Assembly: GCA_963795125.1 (NCBI GenBank)
Contig: CAWCGQ010000002.1
Span: 264,025 to 328,024, forward strand
Source: an uncultured Acidimicrobiia bacterium
Lineage (GTDB): Bacteria; Acidobacteriota; Vicinamibacteria; Vicinamibacterales; UBA2999
Direction: 5' to 3'
Length of the DNA stretch: 64,000 nucleotides
Shown here: positions 33,834 through 44,566 of the stretch, piece by piece
Layout: the number at the start of each line of letters is the position of its first letter
Numbering within the stretch: position 1 is the stretch's first letter
Position numbers and translations under genes: made by a program
The notes under the pieces: generated by a model
The model's database searches: none
Told to the model about the DNA's origin: nothing
Seen by the model: the letters and a program-made list of their open reading frames with translations, nothing else

Positions 33834-35491
33834 TGATCACCGCCTAGGCAGCCATCGTCCTGCTCGCACTGTCCGTGGTCGTCCTGTCGCTCGCTGACGC
33901 TGCGGCGCGCAGACGCGCCGCTTCTTTCCGGACGATCCGATCTGGCAGCGAGCCGATGACGCAGGACGTCAAGAACGCGGCGCGCTACGAGCCCGATCTC
34001 GCCTACCAGACGATCGAGAACCTGTTCTGGCGTCCGGGCGACAGCGTGCTCGGCCAGCGCGCCAAGAACGTCAACACCGTGGACGAAGTGCCGGACGGCC
34101 CGTACTTCGTGAACCGCGCCGGCCGCACGCCGCTGACGCCGGCGATCGTGGCGCGCGCCGCCAACACCGGCAACGGACCGGCGCCGGGCAAGTGGACGGT
34201 GGTCTCCGCGAAGAGCGACGGCGTCACGCCGGGCTTCACGATTCGCGACTCCGCGAACCAGCTGTGGTTCATCAAGTTCGATCCGCCCGGCTGGCGCGCG
34301 ATGGCGACCGGCAGCGAGATCGTCGCCGCCAAGTTGTTCTGGGCCGCCGGCTACCACACCGCCGAGTACCACATCGCGCAGCTGCGGCCGTCCGATCTGG
34401 TGATCGGCAAGGACACCCGCATCACGCCGGTGGGCGAAGCGCCGCGGGCGATGCACCAGGGCGACATCAGCTGGCTGCTCGGCGCGCGCCGATCGCGATG
34501 CCGACGGCTCGTATCGCGTCATCCTCAGCAAGGCCGCGCCGGGCCGGCCGGTCGGCCGCATCAAGTTCCACGGCACCCGCGCGGACGATCCGAACGACGT
34601 CGTCCCGCACGAACATCGCCGCGAGCTGCGCGGCTACTTCGTGTTCGCCGCCTGGCTCAATCACGTCGACGCCAAAGGCATCAACTCGCTGTCGACGCTG
34701 GTCACCGAGAACGGCCGCAGCTTCATCCGTAATTACCTGCTCGATTTCGGATCGGCGCTCGGCAGCGCCGCGATCGGGCCGCGCGAAGGCTGGGAAGGCT
34801 ACGAGGCGCTGGTCGAAGAGGCCGGCGCGATCCTCAGGCGGACGCTGTCGCTCGGCTTCAACATCCCGGTGTGGCGCACCCAGGATTACTTCGAGTCGCC
34901 GTCGATCGGCCGGCTGCCGCGCGATCACTCGAAGTGGAATCCCGAAGAGTGGTGCGCCGCACATCACCAACGCGGCGTTTCGTCACATGCGCGCCGACGA
35001 CACGTTCTGGGCCGCGACTGAAGCTGGCGTCGATCACCGACGAGATGATTCGCGCCGCGGTCGCCGAGGGCAAGTTCGGCGATCGCGAGTCGGAGGAGTT
35101 TCTCGCCAAGGCGATCTCGGATCGCCGCCTCCGCATCCTGCAGACCTTCCTGCCGAAGGTGAATCCGATCGTCGATCCGGCGCTGGATGACAAGCGGCCG
35201 GCTGTCGTTTCGAAACGCGGCCGTCGACGCCGCGGTGGCCCGGACCGGCACCGGGCTACCGGGCGCTCTGGTACACCTTCGACAACCAGACCGACAAGGC
35301 GACGCTCGTCGCCACCACCGAAGAAATCCGCAGAGTCCGATGGTCAATGCCGCCCATGCCGGCGTCGGAATACATCAAGGTGGACCTGTCGGCGGTGGGT
35401 GGGCCGGAGCCGTGGACCAGGCCGGTTTCCGCCTATTTCCGAAGAAATTCCGGGGGTTGGAGCGCTGGTCGGCTTCGAGCGGCAGCCTTGA
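33834..35491 (+). pseudogene. secreted hypothetical protein with a kinase-like catalytic-loop motif and DFG motif; ~7 frameshifts plus an in-frame TAG at 33846
   Basis: Signal-like AAIVLLALSVVVLSLA. The motifs are FAAWLNHVDAKGINSL (HxDxxxxN-like) and NYLLDFGSALGS (DFG). Both ends are uncertain. Confidence 0.5.
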
Positions 35492-35613
35492 GTGTACCCG
35501 GCAGGTAATAGTGTGGGCCGGGAGCGGCTTCCGCCGATAAAGGATCCCAAGGGTCATGAGATACTGGAACTCTGCTTTCCGGCACCCATACTGTTAAGAA
35601 AACGAGCGATTCG

Positions 35614-36451
35614 ATGTTGAAGCTTCGCATTCTCGCGACTGCCATTCTCGCGCTTGCCCTTGCCGTCCCGGCTTTTGCGCAGGCGACCCCACCGGCTCCG
35701 AACAGCGGACGAGGTGGCCGCAGTGACACCGGACGGTTCGAGCGATGGCCAGGCCGCCGCCGGCACCACCATCATCCCGCCACTGCCGGTGCCGCCGCCG
35801 ATGCCGGAAGGCAACCCGTTCAGGCTGTCGGCGGGCGATTTCAAACGTTTCTTCAGCGTCGACACCGGCAAGACCCTGGCCTACGTGTCCATGGTCGCCA
35901 TCACCGCGGCGCCGTGGGATCTTCAGGGCGTCAACAACGGCTTCAACATCCCGACCACGGTGTTTCAGTCCGGCAACCTGATCGGCAGTTTCGTGTTCCA
36001 GACCGGCGCCGGTTTCGCGACCTACGCCGCCGCCAAGTCGATCGGCAACGCGAAGGGCGCCCGCGTCGGCCGCGACATCGTCCGCGCACAGCTCCTCTCG
36101 CAGGCGATGGTGCAGGGGCTCAAGTTCACCGTCCGGCGCGAGCGTCCGGACGGCAGCAATCGCCAGTCGTTCCCATCGGGACATTCGTCGAGCGCCTTCG
36201 CGACGGCGACCGTGCTGCATCGCCATTACGGCTGGAAGATTGGCGTGCCCGCGTATGCGCTTGGCGGCTACGTTGCGCTGGCGCGCATGTCGTGGAACCG
36301 TCACCATGCGTCGGATGTGGTGATGGGCGCCGGCTTCGGCATCGCGGCGGCGCGCACCGTCACGATGACGGTCGCGAAGTCGAAGTTCAATCTCGGCGTG
36401 CAGCCGCAGGCGCGCGGCGCGTCGATCAACTTCACCAAGATCTACAAATAG
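35614..36451 (+). pseudogene. PAP2-family phosphatase, one frameshift near 35700
   Basis: Signal MLKLRILATAILALALAVPAFAQ. The three PAP2 motifs are KFTVRRERP, PSGH and ARMSWNRHHASD. Confidence 0.8.
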
Positions 36452-36461
36452 CGGACACGCC

Positions 36462-37304
36462 ATGAGGGGCATCGGCGGCGCTCTCGTCGTCTTGCTGCTG
36501 GCCGGGCCGCCGTGCCTGACGCCGGCCTACGCCCAGGCCGCCGCCGCCGCGCCTGCTCCCGAGCTGTCGGCTGAGCAGATCAAGACCTTCCTCAAACACG
36601 CCAAGGTCACTCGCACGCGCGGCACCGACAAGGGCGTGACCGCGCCGAAGCGGCTGACCCTGAGCGACGGCACGATCACGCACGACGCGGTGTTCCAGGC
36701 CATCGACGAGCGCCGCACCATCGCCACTCTTGGCGGCGGCGCCCGCGCCCAGACGATCGAGCTCAATTTCGTCGATTCCTACAAATACAACATCGCCGCC
36801 TACGAACTCGCGCGGCTGCTCGACCTCGATCAGATGATGCCGGTCTACGTCGAGCGGAGATGGAATGGCCAGCTCGGATCGATCAGCTGGTTCATGCCGA
36901 CGCTGATGGACGAGAGCGATCGGCTCAAGAAGAAGATCCAGCCGCCCAAGCCGACCGACTGGAACCACCAGATGTACCGGATGCGGGTGTTTTCGTCGCT
37001 CGTCCGCGACACCGATCGCAACCTGACCAACGTCCTGATCTCGCCCGAGTGGAAAGTGGTGATGATCGATTTCTCGCGTGCGTTCCGCCTGCAGCCGGAA
37101 CTGCAGCACCTCCAGGACCTGGGCAAGATCGATCGCCGGCTGCTCGCCAGGCTCGAGTCGCTGACGAGAGACTCGGTCCAGGAGGTGAGCAAGGACTGGC
37201 TGACCAGGAGTGAAATAGACGCGGTGATGGCGCGCCGCGACCTGCTGGTGGCGCATTTCAAGAAACTGGTCGCCGAGCTCGGCGAGGACAAAGTCCTCTA
37301 CTAG
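36462..37304 (+). CDS. secreted hypothetical protein with PI3K/PI4K-like (DRNxxN ... IDFS) motifs
   Basis: Intact 280-aa ORF. Signal ...LTPAYAQ. LVRDTDRNLTNVLISPEWKVVMIDFSRAF resembles an atypical-kinase catalytic and activation segment. Confidence 0.6.
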   Translation: MRGIGGALVVLLLAGPPCLTPAYAQAAAAAPAPELSAEQIKTFLKHAKVTRTRGTDKGVTAPKRLTLSDGTITHDAVFQAIDERRTIATLGGGARAQTIELNFVDSYKYNIAAYELARLLDLDQMMPVYVERRWNGQLGSISWFMPTLMDESDRLKKKIQPPKPTDWNHQMYRMRVFSSLVRDTDRNLTNVLISPEWKVVMIDFSRAFRLQPELQHLQDLGKIDRRLLARLESLTRDSVQEVSKDWLTRSEIDAVMARRDLLVAHFKKLVAELGEDKVLY

Positions 37305-39790
37305 CGCACCGTCGCCGGCGCCCGGCGATGACGGGTGGCGCGTTCGTAGGCGGCGGCAAGCTCGAGCAGGCGCTTGTCGTCCCACATCCTTCCAAGCAGC
37401 GAGATGCCCACCGGATAGCGGCCGCCGATGAAGCCGGCAGGCACGGTGACCTGCGGCAGACCGGTGGCCGCGCTTTCTTCGCAGGTGCCCGGCTCTGATC
37501 CATACCGCTCGGCGCCGCCTTCATGCGTGTGCGGGCGCGCCTGGTTCGCGGGATACAGCATGGCGTCGAGCTGCTGCTGCTCCATCAGGTCGACGAAGAT
37601 CTGCCGGAACGTTTCGCGGCCGGCAACGAAGCGGCGGATCGCGTCGTCGAGTGCCGCGCCGGCCGGCGTCGGCGCGAGCGCGCCCTCGAATCGACGGGCG
37701 CTCACCGGCGCCAGCTTCCCGGATGCGAGCAGATCCTGGATCGTCAGCACCTTGTCGCCGGGCTTCGCGCCGCGCGAAAGATAGGCCATCCAGCCGTCGC
37801 GCAGCGATCCGGGCGCCGCGCCGCGTGCCGCCGCATACCTGGCGTCGTAATCGGCAATCGCCACGTCGACGACGATGGCGCCGGCGGATCGGAGTTCCTT
37901 GATCACGCGCTCCATGTTGGCGGCGACCTCGCGCTCGCCGGTGAAGCCGGCAAAGCGCTGGCGGAACGCGCCGATGCGCTTGCCTGTCAGCGTCGCGGCA
38001 TCGAGACCGGACGCAAACGATCCGGAGATATGTTTCGCCGCGTCCACGGTCACCGGATCTTCAGGATCGAATCCGGTCACGAGGTCGAGCGCCATCGCCA
38101 CATCGCGCACCGATTTGCCCATCGGCCCCACGGCATCGTTGTAGGTGTTGAGCGGCATCACGCCGGCACGGCTGGTCAACCCTCGCGTAGTGCGGATCGT
38201 CGCCAGCGCGGCGAAGGAGGCGGGGTTCGACAGCGAATTGCAGGTGTCGGTGCCGAACGCGAGCGCGGCCAGACTGGCGGCGACGGCGGTGGCGCTGCCG
38301 CCGCTCGATCCCGAGGTGCTCAGCGACGGGTCGTAGGCGTTGCCGACGGTGCCGCCGACGGTGCTGATGCCGAAATCGCCGAAGGGAAACTCATCGAGAT
38401 TGGCCTTGCCGAGGACCACCGCGCCGCCTCGCTTCATGCCCGCGGCGACGCGCGAATCCAGGCGCGGGCGATGATCGACCAGCGCCAGCGATCCGCTGGT
38501 GGTGGGCAGCCCGGTGGCGTCGATGTTGTCCTTGAAGACGATCGGAACCCCGTGAAACGGGCTGCGCACCGCACCGGCGGCGCGCTCGGCATCGCGGTCC
38601 CGCGCGTCGGCGATGGCACGCGGATTAATCGACAGCACCGACCGGAACGTCGGGCCGTGGCGATCGTAGCGGGACAGCCGCGCCAGGTAGTCGCGGGTGA
38701 TGTCTTCGGAGGTGATCAGGTTGCGGGTCATCGCGTCTTGGAGTTCGGAGACAGTTTTTTCAAAGACCGTGAAGTTCGACGAGGGTTCTACGGACGTTCT
38801 ACGGCCGTTCGACGATGGGAGTGTCCAGTTCGAAATCTGTGATTGTTGAAGCGGTGTGAGACCGCGCAGATCCGGCGATTTCACGAGCGAGGCAGCGATC
38901 TCGGCCACGCGTCTGATCTCGGATCCGGCGGGAGGAATTCTGGCGTCCGGCTCTGAGTAGACAGGTGCGCCGGTCAACAGCCCGTCCTTGTAAGGAACCG
39001 GATAGCCGCCGCGTGGATCGTAGACTTCGCTCAGCCCCTTCACGACAAACGTCATCAACGCGCGCGTCTCGCCCGGACCCAGCCGCAGCGTGAACACGTA
39101 GCCAATGTGCGCGGGGTCGAATCCGGGCCAGCGGCTCTCGAACGGATCGCCGTAGATGTCGCCAACCGCCGTCAGCACTCCGGGCGTCGATCCCAGCACG
39201 TGCGCCGAGGGCCCGTGCCCCGACGGACCCAGCGCCGGATTGGCCGCGCCCGCCGCGTTCTGCATCACCACCACGTAGGCGTCCGACAGATCGATCCGCC
39301 GATCGCCGCTGGCGGTGGCGGCGATGGCGAGCTGGCCGCCGTCCTCGTAGGCGCCGGCGGCGCCGCCCCAGGCAATCTGGACGATGCGATCCTCGCTCGT
39401 GGAGTTGGTGAAGGTGTCGAGATAACGAAGATACTGCGTGTCTTTCGCGGTGGTGACCCCGCGGGCCACCACGATCCCTTCGGTCAGCACCGGCGTCACC
39501 GAGTCGAATCGTCCCGCGCCATCGTGATGCAGGCCGAAGCCCCTCAGGTAGTGATTGCGCGTGAGCACCAGGTCGTCGGCGCGGCGCACCTGCAGCTTGA
39601 GATAGCCGAAGCCATTGAACGGGTTGGCGCGCCCGCCGGTGGCAATGCCGCCGCTGTCCTGGGCCCAGGGGCTGGTGTCCTGGATATCCCAGTACTGACC
39701 GTCCGCGGATGGCACGCGCGTCACGCCCGCAAGTTGCGCCACGGTGGTCGCGGCGAACGTTGCGATCAACAGACCTTTCAAGAGTCGCAT
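37301..39790 (-). CDS. secreted amidase-signature enzyme with a ~340-aa N-terminal domain of unknown function
   Basis: Intact ORF with probable start MRLLKGLLIATFAATTVAQ at 39790. The AS-family motifs are VPIVFKDNID and SGSSGGSATAVA. Confidence 0.85.
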   Translation of the reverse strand: MRLLKGLLIATFAATTVAQLAGVTRVPSADGQYWDIQDTSPWAQDSGGIATGGRANPFNGFGYLKLQVRRADDLVLTRNHYLRGFGLHHDGAGRFDSVTPVLTEGIVVARGVTTAKDTQYLRYLDTFTNSTSEDRIVQIAWGGAAGAYEDGGQLAIAATASGDRRIDLSDAYVVVMQNAAGAANPALGPSGHGPSAHVLGSTPGVLTAVGDIYGDPFESRWPGFDPAHIGYVFTLRLGPGETRALMTFVVKGLSEVYDPRGGYPVPYKDGLLTGAPVYSEPDARIPPAGSEIRRVAEIAASLVKSPDLRGLTPLQQSQISNWTLPSSNGRRTSVEPSSNFTVFEKTVSELQDAMTRNLITSEDITRDYLARLSRYDRHGPTFRSVLSINPRAIADARDRDAERAAGAVRSPFHGVPIVFKDNIDATGLPTTSGSLALVDHRPRLDSRVAAGMKRGGAVVLGKANLDEFPFGDFGISTVGGTVGNAYDPSLSTSGSSGGSATAVAASLAALAFGTDTCNSLSNPASFAALATIRTTRGLTSRAGVMPLNTYNDAVGPMGKSVRDVAMALDLVTGFDPEDPVTVDAAKHISGSFASGLDAATLTGKRIGAFRQRFAGFTGEREVAANMERVIKELRSAGAIVVDVAIADYDARYAAARGAAPGSLRDGWMAYLSRGAKPGDKVLTIQDLLASGKLAPVSARRFEGALAPTPAGAALDDAIRRFVAGRETFRQIFVDLMEQQQLDAMLYPANQARPHTHEGGAERYGSEPGTCEESAATGLPQVTVPAGFIGGRYPVGISLLGRMWDDKRLLELAAAYERATRHRRAPATVR

Positions 39791-39811
39791 CGCGTGACTA
39801 TACTCCGCCAC

Positions 39812-42800
39812 ATGAAGAGAGCCGCCGTCCTACTCGCCCTCTGTGTCGCCGTCACGGTCTCGCTCGGCGGCCAGGATCGCCAGGCGCAGGACGACGCCGC
39901 CAAGCCGGCAGAGGGTTTCACGCTCAAGACCGCCGAGACCATCACCTTCACGACCGACGAAGTGACGTGGATGCAGGTCGACGTCTCCCCGGATGGGCGG
40001 ACGATTCTTTTCGATCTTCTCGGCGATCTCTACACCCTGCCGATCGGCGGTGGCGAGGCCACGCGCATCATCGGCGGGTTGCCATTCGAGAGCCAGCCGA
40101 CCTGGTCGCCGGACGGCAGGACCATCGCGTTTCTGACCGATCGCACCGGCGTCGAAAACCTGTGGATCGCCAACGCGGATGGGTCGAATCCACGCGCCGT
40201 CAGCAAGGACGGGCGCACCAGCGACCGGCCGCAGATCATGGTGTCGCCGGCGTGGACGCCCGACGGCAATTACATCGTCGTCTCGAAATCGCGGCCGCCA
40301 GAGCCGGGCACCTTCGGGCTGTTCATGTATCACCGCGACGGCGGCACGGGCGTGCGGGTCGGTCCGGCGCCGCCGCCGCAGCCGGCGCCCGAGGCGCAGG
40401 GACCGCCGCCCGCGCCACCGACCAACAAGATGGGCGCGGTGGTGTCGCCCGACGGCCGATTCATCTATTACACGCAGCGCACCGGCACGTTCACCTACAA
40501 CGCGCGGTTCCCGATGTGGCAGATCTATCGCCACGACACCGAAACCGGCGACGTCACGCAGATCACCAACGCCCAGGGCAGCGCGATTCGTCCGGCGATT
40601 TCTCCCGACGGCAGGTCGATGGTGTTCGGCACGCGCCACAAGGCGCAGACCGGCCTGCGTGTCCGCGACCTCGAGACCGGCGCGGAGCGATGGCTGGCCT
40701 ACCCGGTAACACGCGACGATCAGGAATCGCGCGCCAGCCGCGACACGCTGCCGCGCTACGACTTCATGCCCGACGGCAAGTCGTTGATCGTGCCCGTCGA
40801 CGGCAAGCTGCAGCGCATCGATCTTGCCAGCGGGCAGGCCACGCCGATCCCCTTCACCGCCAAAGTCGAGGCCGAGATCGCCCCGCGCGTCTACACGCCG
40901 GTGCGGGTGGACGACGGCGCGTCGGTCCGCGCCAGGCTGGTGCGCTGGCCCACGCTGTCTCCGGACGGGTCGACGCTGGTGTTCGGCGCGATGAACCGGC
41001 TGTACGTGCAGGCCTACCCTGACGGGTCGCCGCGACTGCTCACCACCGGCGAGCCGAGTGGCTCGTCACCGTCGCACGAAGGCGAGTTCATGCCGTCGTG
41101 GTCGCCGGACGGGCGCTCGATCGTGTACGTCACCTGGACGACGACCGGCGGACAGATCAAGCGAGTGGCGGCAACCGGCGGCCGGCCGGAAACCTTGACG
41201 CCCAATCACGGCTACTACCTCGACCCGACCTACTCGCCCGATGGATCCCGCATCGTCTATCTGGCCGGCGCCGCCTCCGACCAGTTGTATTCGATCCTGA
41301 TGGACACGCCGCCGGAGAACGATCTCGAGGGCGACGAGCATGCCGCGCGCGAGATTGGCGGGGTCAGCCCGCCCAACACGCTCGAGATTCGCTCGATGCC
41401 CGCGGCCGGCGGCGCCTCGACGCTGATCGCGTCGGCGCAAGGTGGACGGGGTCCGCACTTCGCGCGCAACGACGGCGCGCGCGTCTATTTCACGACCAAT
41501 CGCGGCCTGCAGTCGATCACCATGGACGGCTACGATCGACGCACGCATCTGCGCATCACCGGCACCGGGCCCGGCAACAATCCACCCGGCGCCGACGACA
41601 TCAGGCTGTCGCCCGACGGCAGCCGCGCCTTCGTCAGTATCCAGGGCCGGCACTACCTGGTCACCGCGCCGCGCGCGGGCCGCGAAACGGTGGAGGTCAA
41701 AATCCAGGGCCGCGGCGAGGCCGCCACCGTGCCGGTCAAGGCCATGTCGCTCGAAGGCGGCGACTACCTCCGCTGGAGCGGCGATGGCCGTGCCGTCACG
41801 TGGGCCTGGGGCGCGCAGTTCTTCCGCCAGCCGATCGATGGCGCCGAGCCGGCCAGGCTCGATGTCGTGGTCGAGTTGCCGCGATCGCGGCCGAGCGGGT
41901 CGGTGCTGCTGACCGGCGCGCGCATCATCACCATGCAGGGCACCGACGTGATCCCGCAGGGCGATGTGCTGGTCACCGGCAATCGCATCGCCGCCGTCGG
42001 CAGGCGCGGCTCGCTCACCGTTCCCCCGAACACGCGCACCATCAGCGTCGCCGGCAAGACCATCATGCCCGGGCTGGTCGACGCGCACTCGCACATGTGG
42101 CCGCCGCGCGGCGTGCACCAGACCGAGGTGTGGCAGTACCTCGCGAACCTCGCCTACGGCGTGACCACCACGCGCGATCCGCAGACCTCGACGCCCGATG
42201 TGTTCGCCTACGCCGACATGGTCGACAGCGGCATGATTCCCGGTCCGCGCATCTATGCGACCGGACCCGGCGTGTTCGCGGGCAGCGGCATCGACAGCCG
42301 CGAGGCCGCCTTCAATTACATCAAGCGCTACAAGGACGCCTATCGCACCAACACGCTCAAGCAGTACGTCGCCGGCGATCGCATTGTCCGCCAGTGGATC
42401 ATCGAGGCCTGCAAGGAGTACGGCATCACCGCGACGATTGAAGGCTCGCTCGATCTGAAGCTCAACCTGACGCAGATGGCGGACGGCTACTCGGGGCAGG
42501 AGCACAGCCTGCCGATCGCGCCGCTCTACAAGGATGTGACGACGTTTGTCGCCAGGACCAAAACGTTTTACACGCCGACCATCCTGGTCGCGTACGGCGC
42601 GCCGTGGTCGGAGAACTTCTGGTTCGAGACCGAGTCACCGGCCAACGACGCCAAGCTCAAGAAGTGGGTGCCGTGGGAACTGCTCGACGGCATGGTGCGT
42701 CGCCGGCCGCAGTGGTTCCTGCCGGAGGAGTACGGACATCAACTGATCGCCAAGGGGGTTGCCGACATCGTGCACGCGGGCGGCCGCGCCGGCCTCGGCA

Positions 42801-43138
42801 GTCACGGCCAGATGCAGGGCCTCGGCGCGCACTGGGAGACGTGGAACCTCGCGTCCGGCGGGCTCACGCCGCATGAAACGCTCCAGGTCGTCACGCTGTT
42901 CAGCGCCGAAGCGATCGGGCTGCAGCAGGACCTCGGCTCGCTCGAGCCGGGCAAGCTCGCCGACCTGCTGGTGCTCGATCGCAACCCGCTCGAGAGCATC
43001 CGCAACACCAACTCGATCCGCTACGTGATGAAGAACGGCGAGCTCTACGAAGGGGACACCCTCAACATGGTGTGGCCGCAAGCGAAGCCGTTGCCGAAAC
43101 AGTTCTGGTGGAACACCGAACCGAACCCGCAGCGGTAA
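39812..43138 (+). CDS. TolB-like beta-propeller repeats fused to an amidohydrolase-family domain (~1108 aa)
   Basis: Signal MKRAAVLLALCVAVTVSLGG. Repeated SPDG(R/S) propeller motifs. The C-terminal half has PGLVDAHSHMW and a metal-dependent hydrolase-like tail. The ORF upstream of 39812 is antisense shadow. Confidence 0.85.
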   Translation: MKRAAVLLALCVAVTVSLGGQDRQAQDDAAKPAEGFTLKTAETITFTTDEVTWMQVDVSPDGRTILFDLLGDLYTLPIGGGEATRIIGGLPFESQPTWSPDGRTIAFLTDRTGVENLWIANADGSNPRAVSKDGRTSDRPQIMVSPAWTPDGNYIVVSKSRPPEPGTFGLFMYHRDGGTGVRVGPAPPPQPAPEAQGPPPAPPTNKMGAVVSPDGRFIYYTQRTGTFTYNARFPMWQIYRHDTETGDVTQITNAQGSAIRPAISPDGRSMVFGTRHKAQTGLRVRDLETGAERWLAYPVTRDDQESRASRDTLPRYDFMPDGKSLIVPVDGKLQRIDLASGQATPIPFTAKVEAEIAPRVYTPVRVDDGASVRARLVRWPTLSPDGSTLVFGAMNRLYVQAYPDGSPRLLTTGEPSGSSPSHEGEFMPSWSPDGRSIVYVTWTTTGGQIKRVAATGGRPETLTPNHGYYLDPTYSPDGSRIVYLAGAASDQLYSILMDTPPENDLEGDEHAAREIGGVSPPNTLEIRSMPAAGGASTLIASAQGGRGPHFARNDGARVYFTTNRGLQSITMDGYDRRTHLRITGTGPGNNPPGADDIRLSPDGSRAFVSIQGRHYLVTAPRAGRETVEVKIQGRGEAATVPVKAMSLEGGDYLRWSGDGRAVTWAWGAQFFRQPIDGAEPARLDVVVELPRSRPSGSVLLTGARIITMQGTDVIPQGDVLVTGNRIAAVGRRGSLTVPPNTRTISVAGKTIMPGLVDAHSHMWPPRGVHQTEVWQYLANLAYGVTTTRDPQTSTPDVFAYADMVDSGMIPGPRIYATGPGVFAGSGIDSREAAFNYIKRYKDAYRTNTLKQYVAGDRIVRQWIIEACKEYGITATIEGSLDLKLNLTQMADGYSGQEHSLPIAPLYKDVTTFVARTKTFYTPTILVAYGAPWSENFWFETESPANDAKLKKWVPWELLDGMVRRRPQWFLPEEYGHQLIAKGVADIVHAGGRAGLGSHGQMQGLGAHWETWNLASGGLTPHETLQVVTLFSAEAIGLQQDLGSLEPGKLADLLVLDRNPLESIRNTNSIRYVMKNGELYEGDTLNMVWPQAKPLPKQFWWNTEPNPQR

Positions 43139-43168
43139 GCTGTTGTCGATGATGGCTGCGGCTTACCG

Positions 43169-44566
43169 ATGAACGTCTACGTTGCGCTGCTGATCGGATA
43201 CTCGATTGCTCTTACCGCGCTCGGGCTGTGGATCGCCCGGCGGGTTCGCGGACCGGTCGACTTCTTCGTCGCCGGCCGAAAGCTCACCTGGCCATTCGTT
43301 GCCGCGACGATGCTGGCGGCGAATATTGGCGCCGGCGCGACGGTCGGAGCCACCGGCCTGGCGTATCAGCAGGGCGTCAGCGCCTGGTTCTGGAACGGGT
43401 CCGCGGGGCTCGGATCGCTGGTGCTGGCACTGGTCGTCGGACCGCGCATCTGGAAGCTGGCCGCGGAGCGCGGATACCTGACGGTCGGCGACTACCTCGA
43501 GGACCGCTACGGCCAGAGCGTGCGCGTGGTCATCGCGTCGCTGATCTGGTTCGGCGCGCTGTTCATCCTGGCCGGCCAGTTGCTGCTCGGCGCCGCGGTG
43601 TTCAGCGTCGTCGCCGGTCTGCCGAAATGGGCCGGCGTGCTGATCGGCGGCGCGGCGATGACCGGCTACTTCAGCGCCGGGGGGTTGCTGAGTTCGGTGG
43701 GCGTCAGCGCGGTGCAGCTGGTCGTGAAGTTCGCGGGCTTTGCGATCGCCATTCCCCTGTTGATGAGCGTGGCCGGCGGCTTTGCCGGGATCGCCCAGGG
43801 GCCGGACCTGCCGAGCACCTATTTCGATCCGTTGTTCTCGGCGGGCGCCGGATCCGGCTTCGCGTTCCTGTTTCTGTCCGCGCCCAACTTCATCGTCTCG
43901 CCGGGGTTGATGCAGAAAACCTACGGCGCCGAAAGCGCGCGCGCGGTCCGTCTCGGCGTCAGCGCCAACGCCATCGCCCTGCTGCTGTTCGCGTTCATGC
44001 CGGTCATGATGGGGCTGTCGGCCCGCGTCCTGTTTCCGGGAATCGAATCCCGCGACCTGGTGCTGCCGACACTGCTCCTGCACGGACTGCCGGTGTGGCT
44101 GGGGGCGCTGGCGCTCGCGGCGGTGTTCTCCGCGGAGATGGGCGCGTGCGAAGCCATCCTGTTCATGCTGTCGACCTCGCTGTCGCAGGATCTGTACAAG
44201 CGGGTGGTCAACCCGGCGGCCAGTCCCGCGCAGGTGTTGAGGGTCGCGCGCATCGCCGCCTTCGTTGGCGGCAGCGCCGGGATGTTGCTGGCGGTGTTCG
44301 TGGTCGGCGAGATCCTCGATGCGCTCACGGTGTTCTATTCGATCATCGGATGCACGCTGCTCGTGCCGGTGGTCGGCGGCCTGTTCGTGCCGCGCGCGCG
44401 GACGCGCGACGCGCTGCTGTCAATCTTCGCCGGGATGATCACCTACCTCGCCATCCGATACGGCACCGACCGCTCCGGATGGCTCAACCCCAATGCCTGG
44501 GGCTTGCTCGCGTCGGCGGCGGCGTACTTCGTATCCCTGGCGGCAGCGAGGTCGGATCGCCCGTAA
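43169..44566 (+). CDS. sodium:solute symporter family (SSF) transporter
   Basis: Intact 465-aa polytopic ORF. DFFVAGRKL and ATMLAANIGAGATVGATG are typical of the SSF N-terminus. Confidence 0.85.
   Translation: MNVYVALLIGYSIALTALGLWIARRVRGPVDFFVAGRKLTWPFVAATMLAANIGAGATVGATGLAYQQGVSAWFWNGSAGLGSLVLALVVGPRIWKLAAERGYLTVGDYLEDRYGQSVRVVIASLIWFGALFILAGQLLLGAAVFSVVAGLPKWAGVLIGGAAMTGYFSAGGLLSSVGVSAVQLVVKFAGFAIAIPLLMSVAGGFAGIAQGPDLPSTYFDPLFSAGAGSGFAFLFLSAPNFIVSPGLMQKTYGAESARAVRLGVSANAIALLLFAFMPVMMGLSARVLFPGIESRDLVLPTLLLHGLPVWLGALALAAVFSAEMGACEAILFMLSTSLSQDLYKRVVNPAASPAQVLRVARIAAFVGGSAGMLLAVFVVGEILDALTVFYSIIGCTLLVPVVGGLFVPRARTRDALLSIFAGMITYLAIRYGTDRSGWLNPNAWGLLASAAAYFVSLAAARSDRP

Noticed and set aside
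33846-33848. An in-frame TAG inside a good signal peptide (MITA*AAIVLLALSVVVLSLA) as possible stop-codon recoding
   Set aside because: It sits in one of the most error-dense stretches, with two more frame changes within the next ~90 nt. No other evidence for recoding exists. A consensus error, or the downstream GTG start at 33875, is simpler.
39107-39811. The N-terminal 235 aa of the 1343-aa ORF 39107..43138
   Set aside because: This part is antisense to the amidase gene and has Arg/Gly/Ala-rich shadow-ORF composition. A proper signal peptide begins at MKRAAVLLAL (39812), so the gene starts there.
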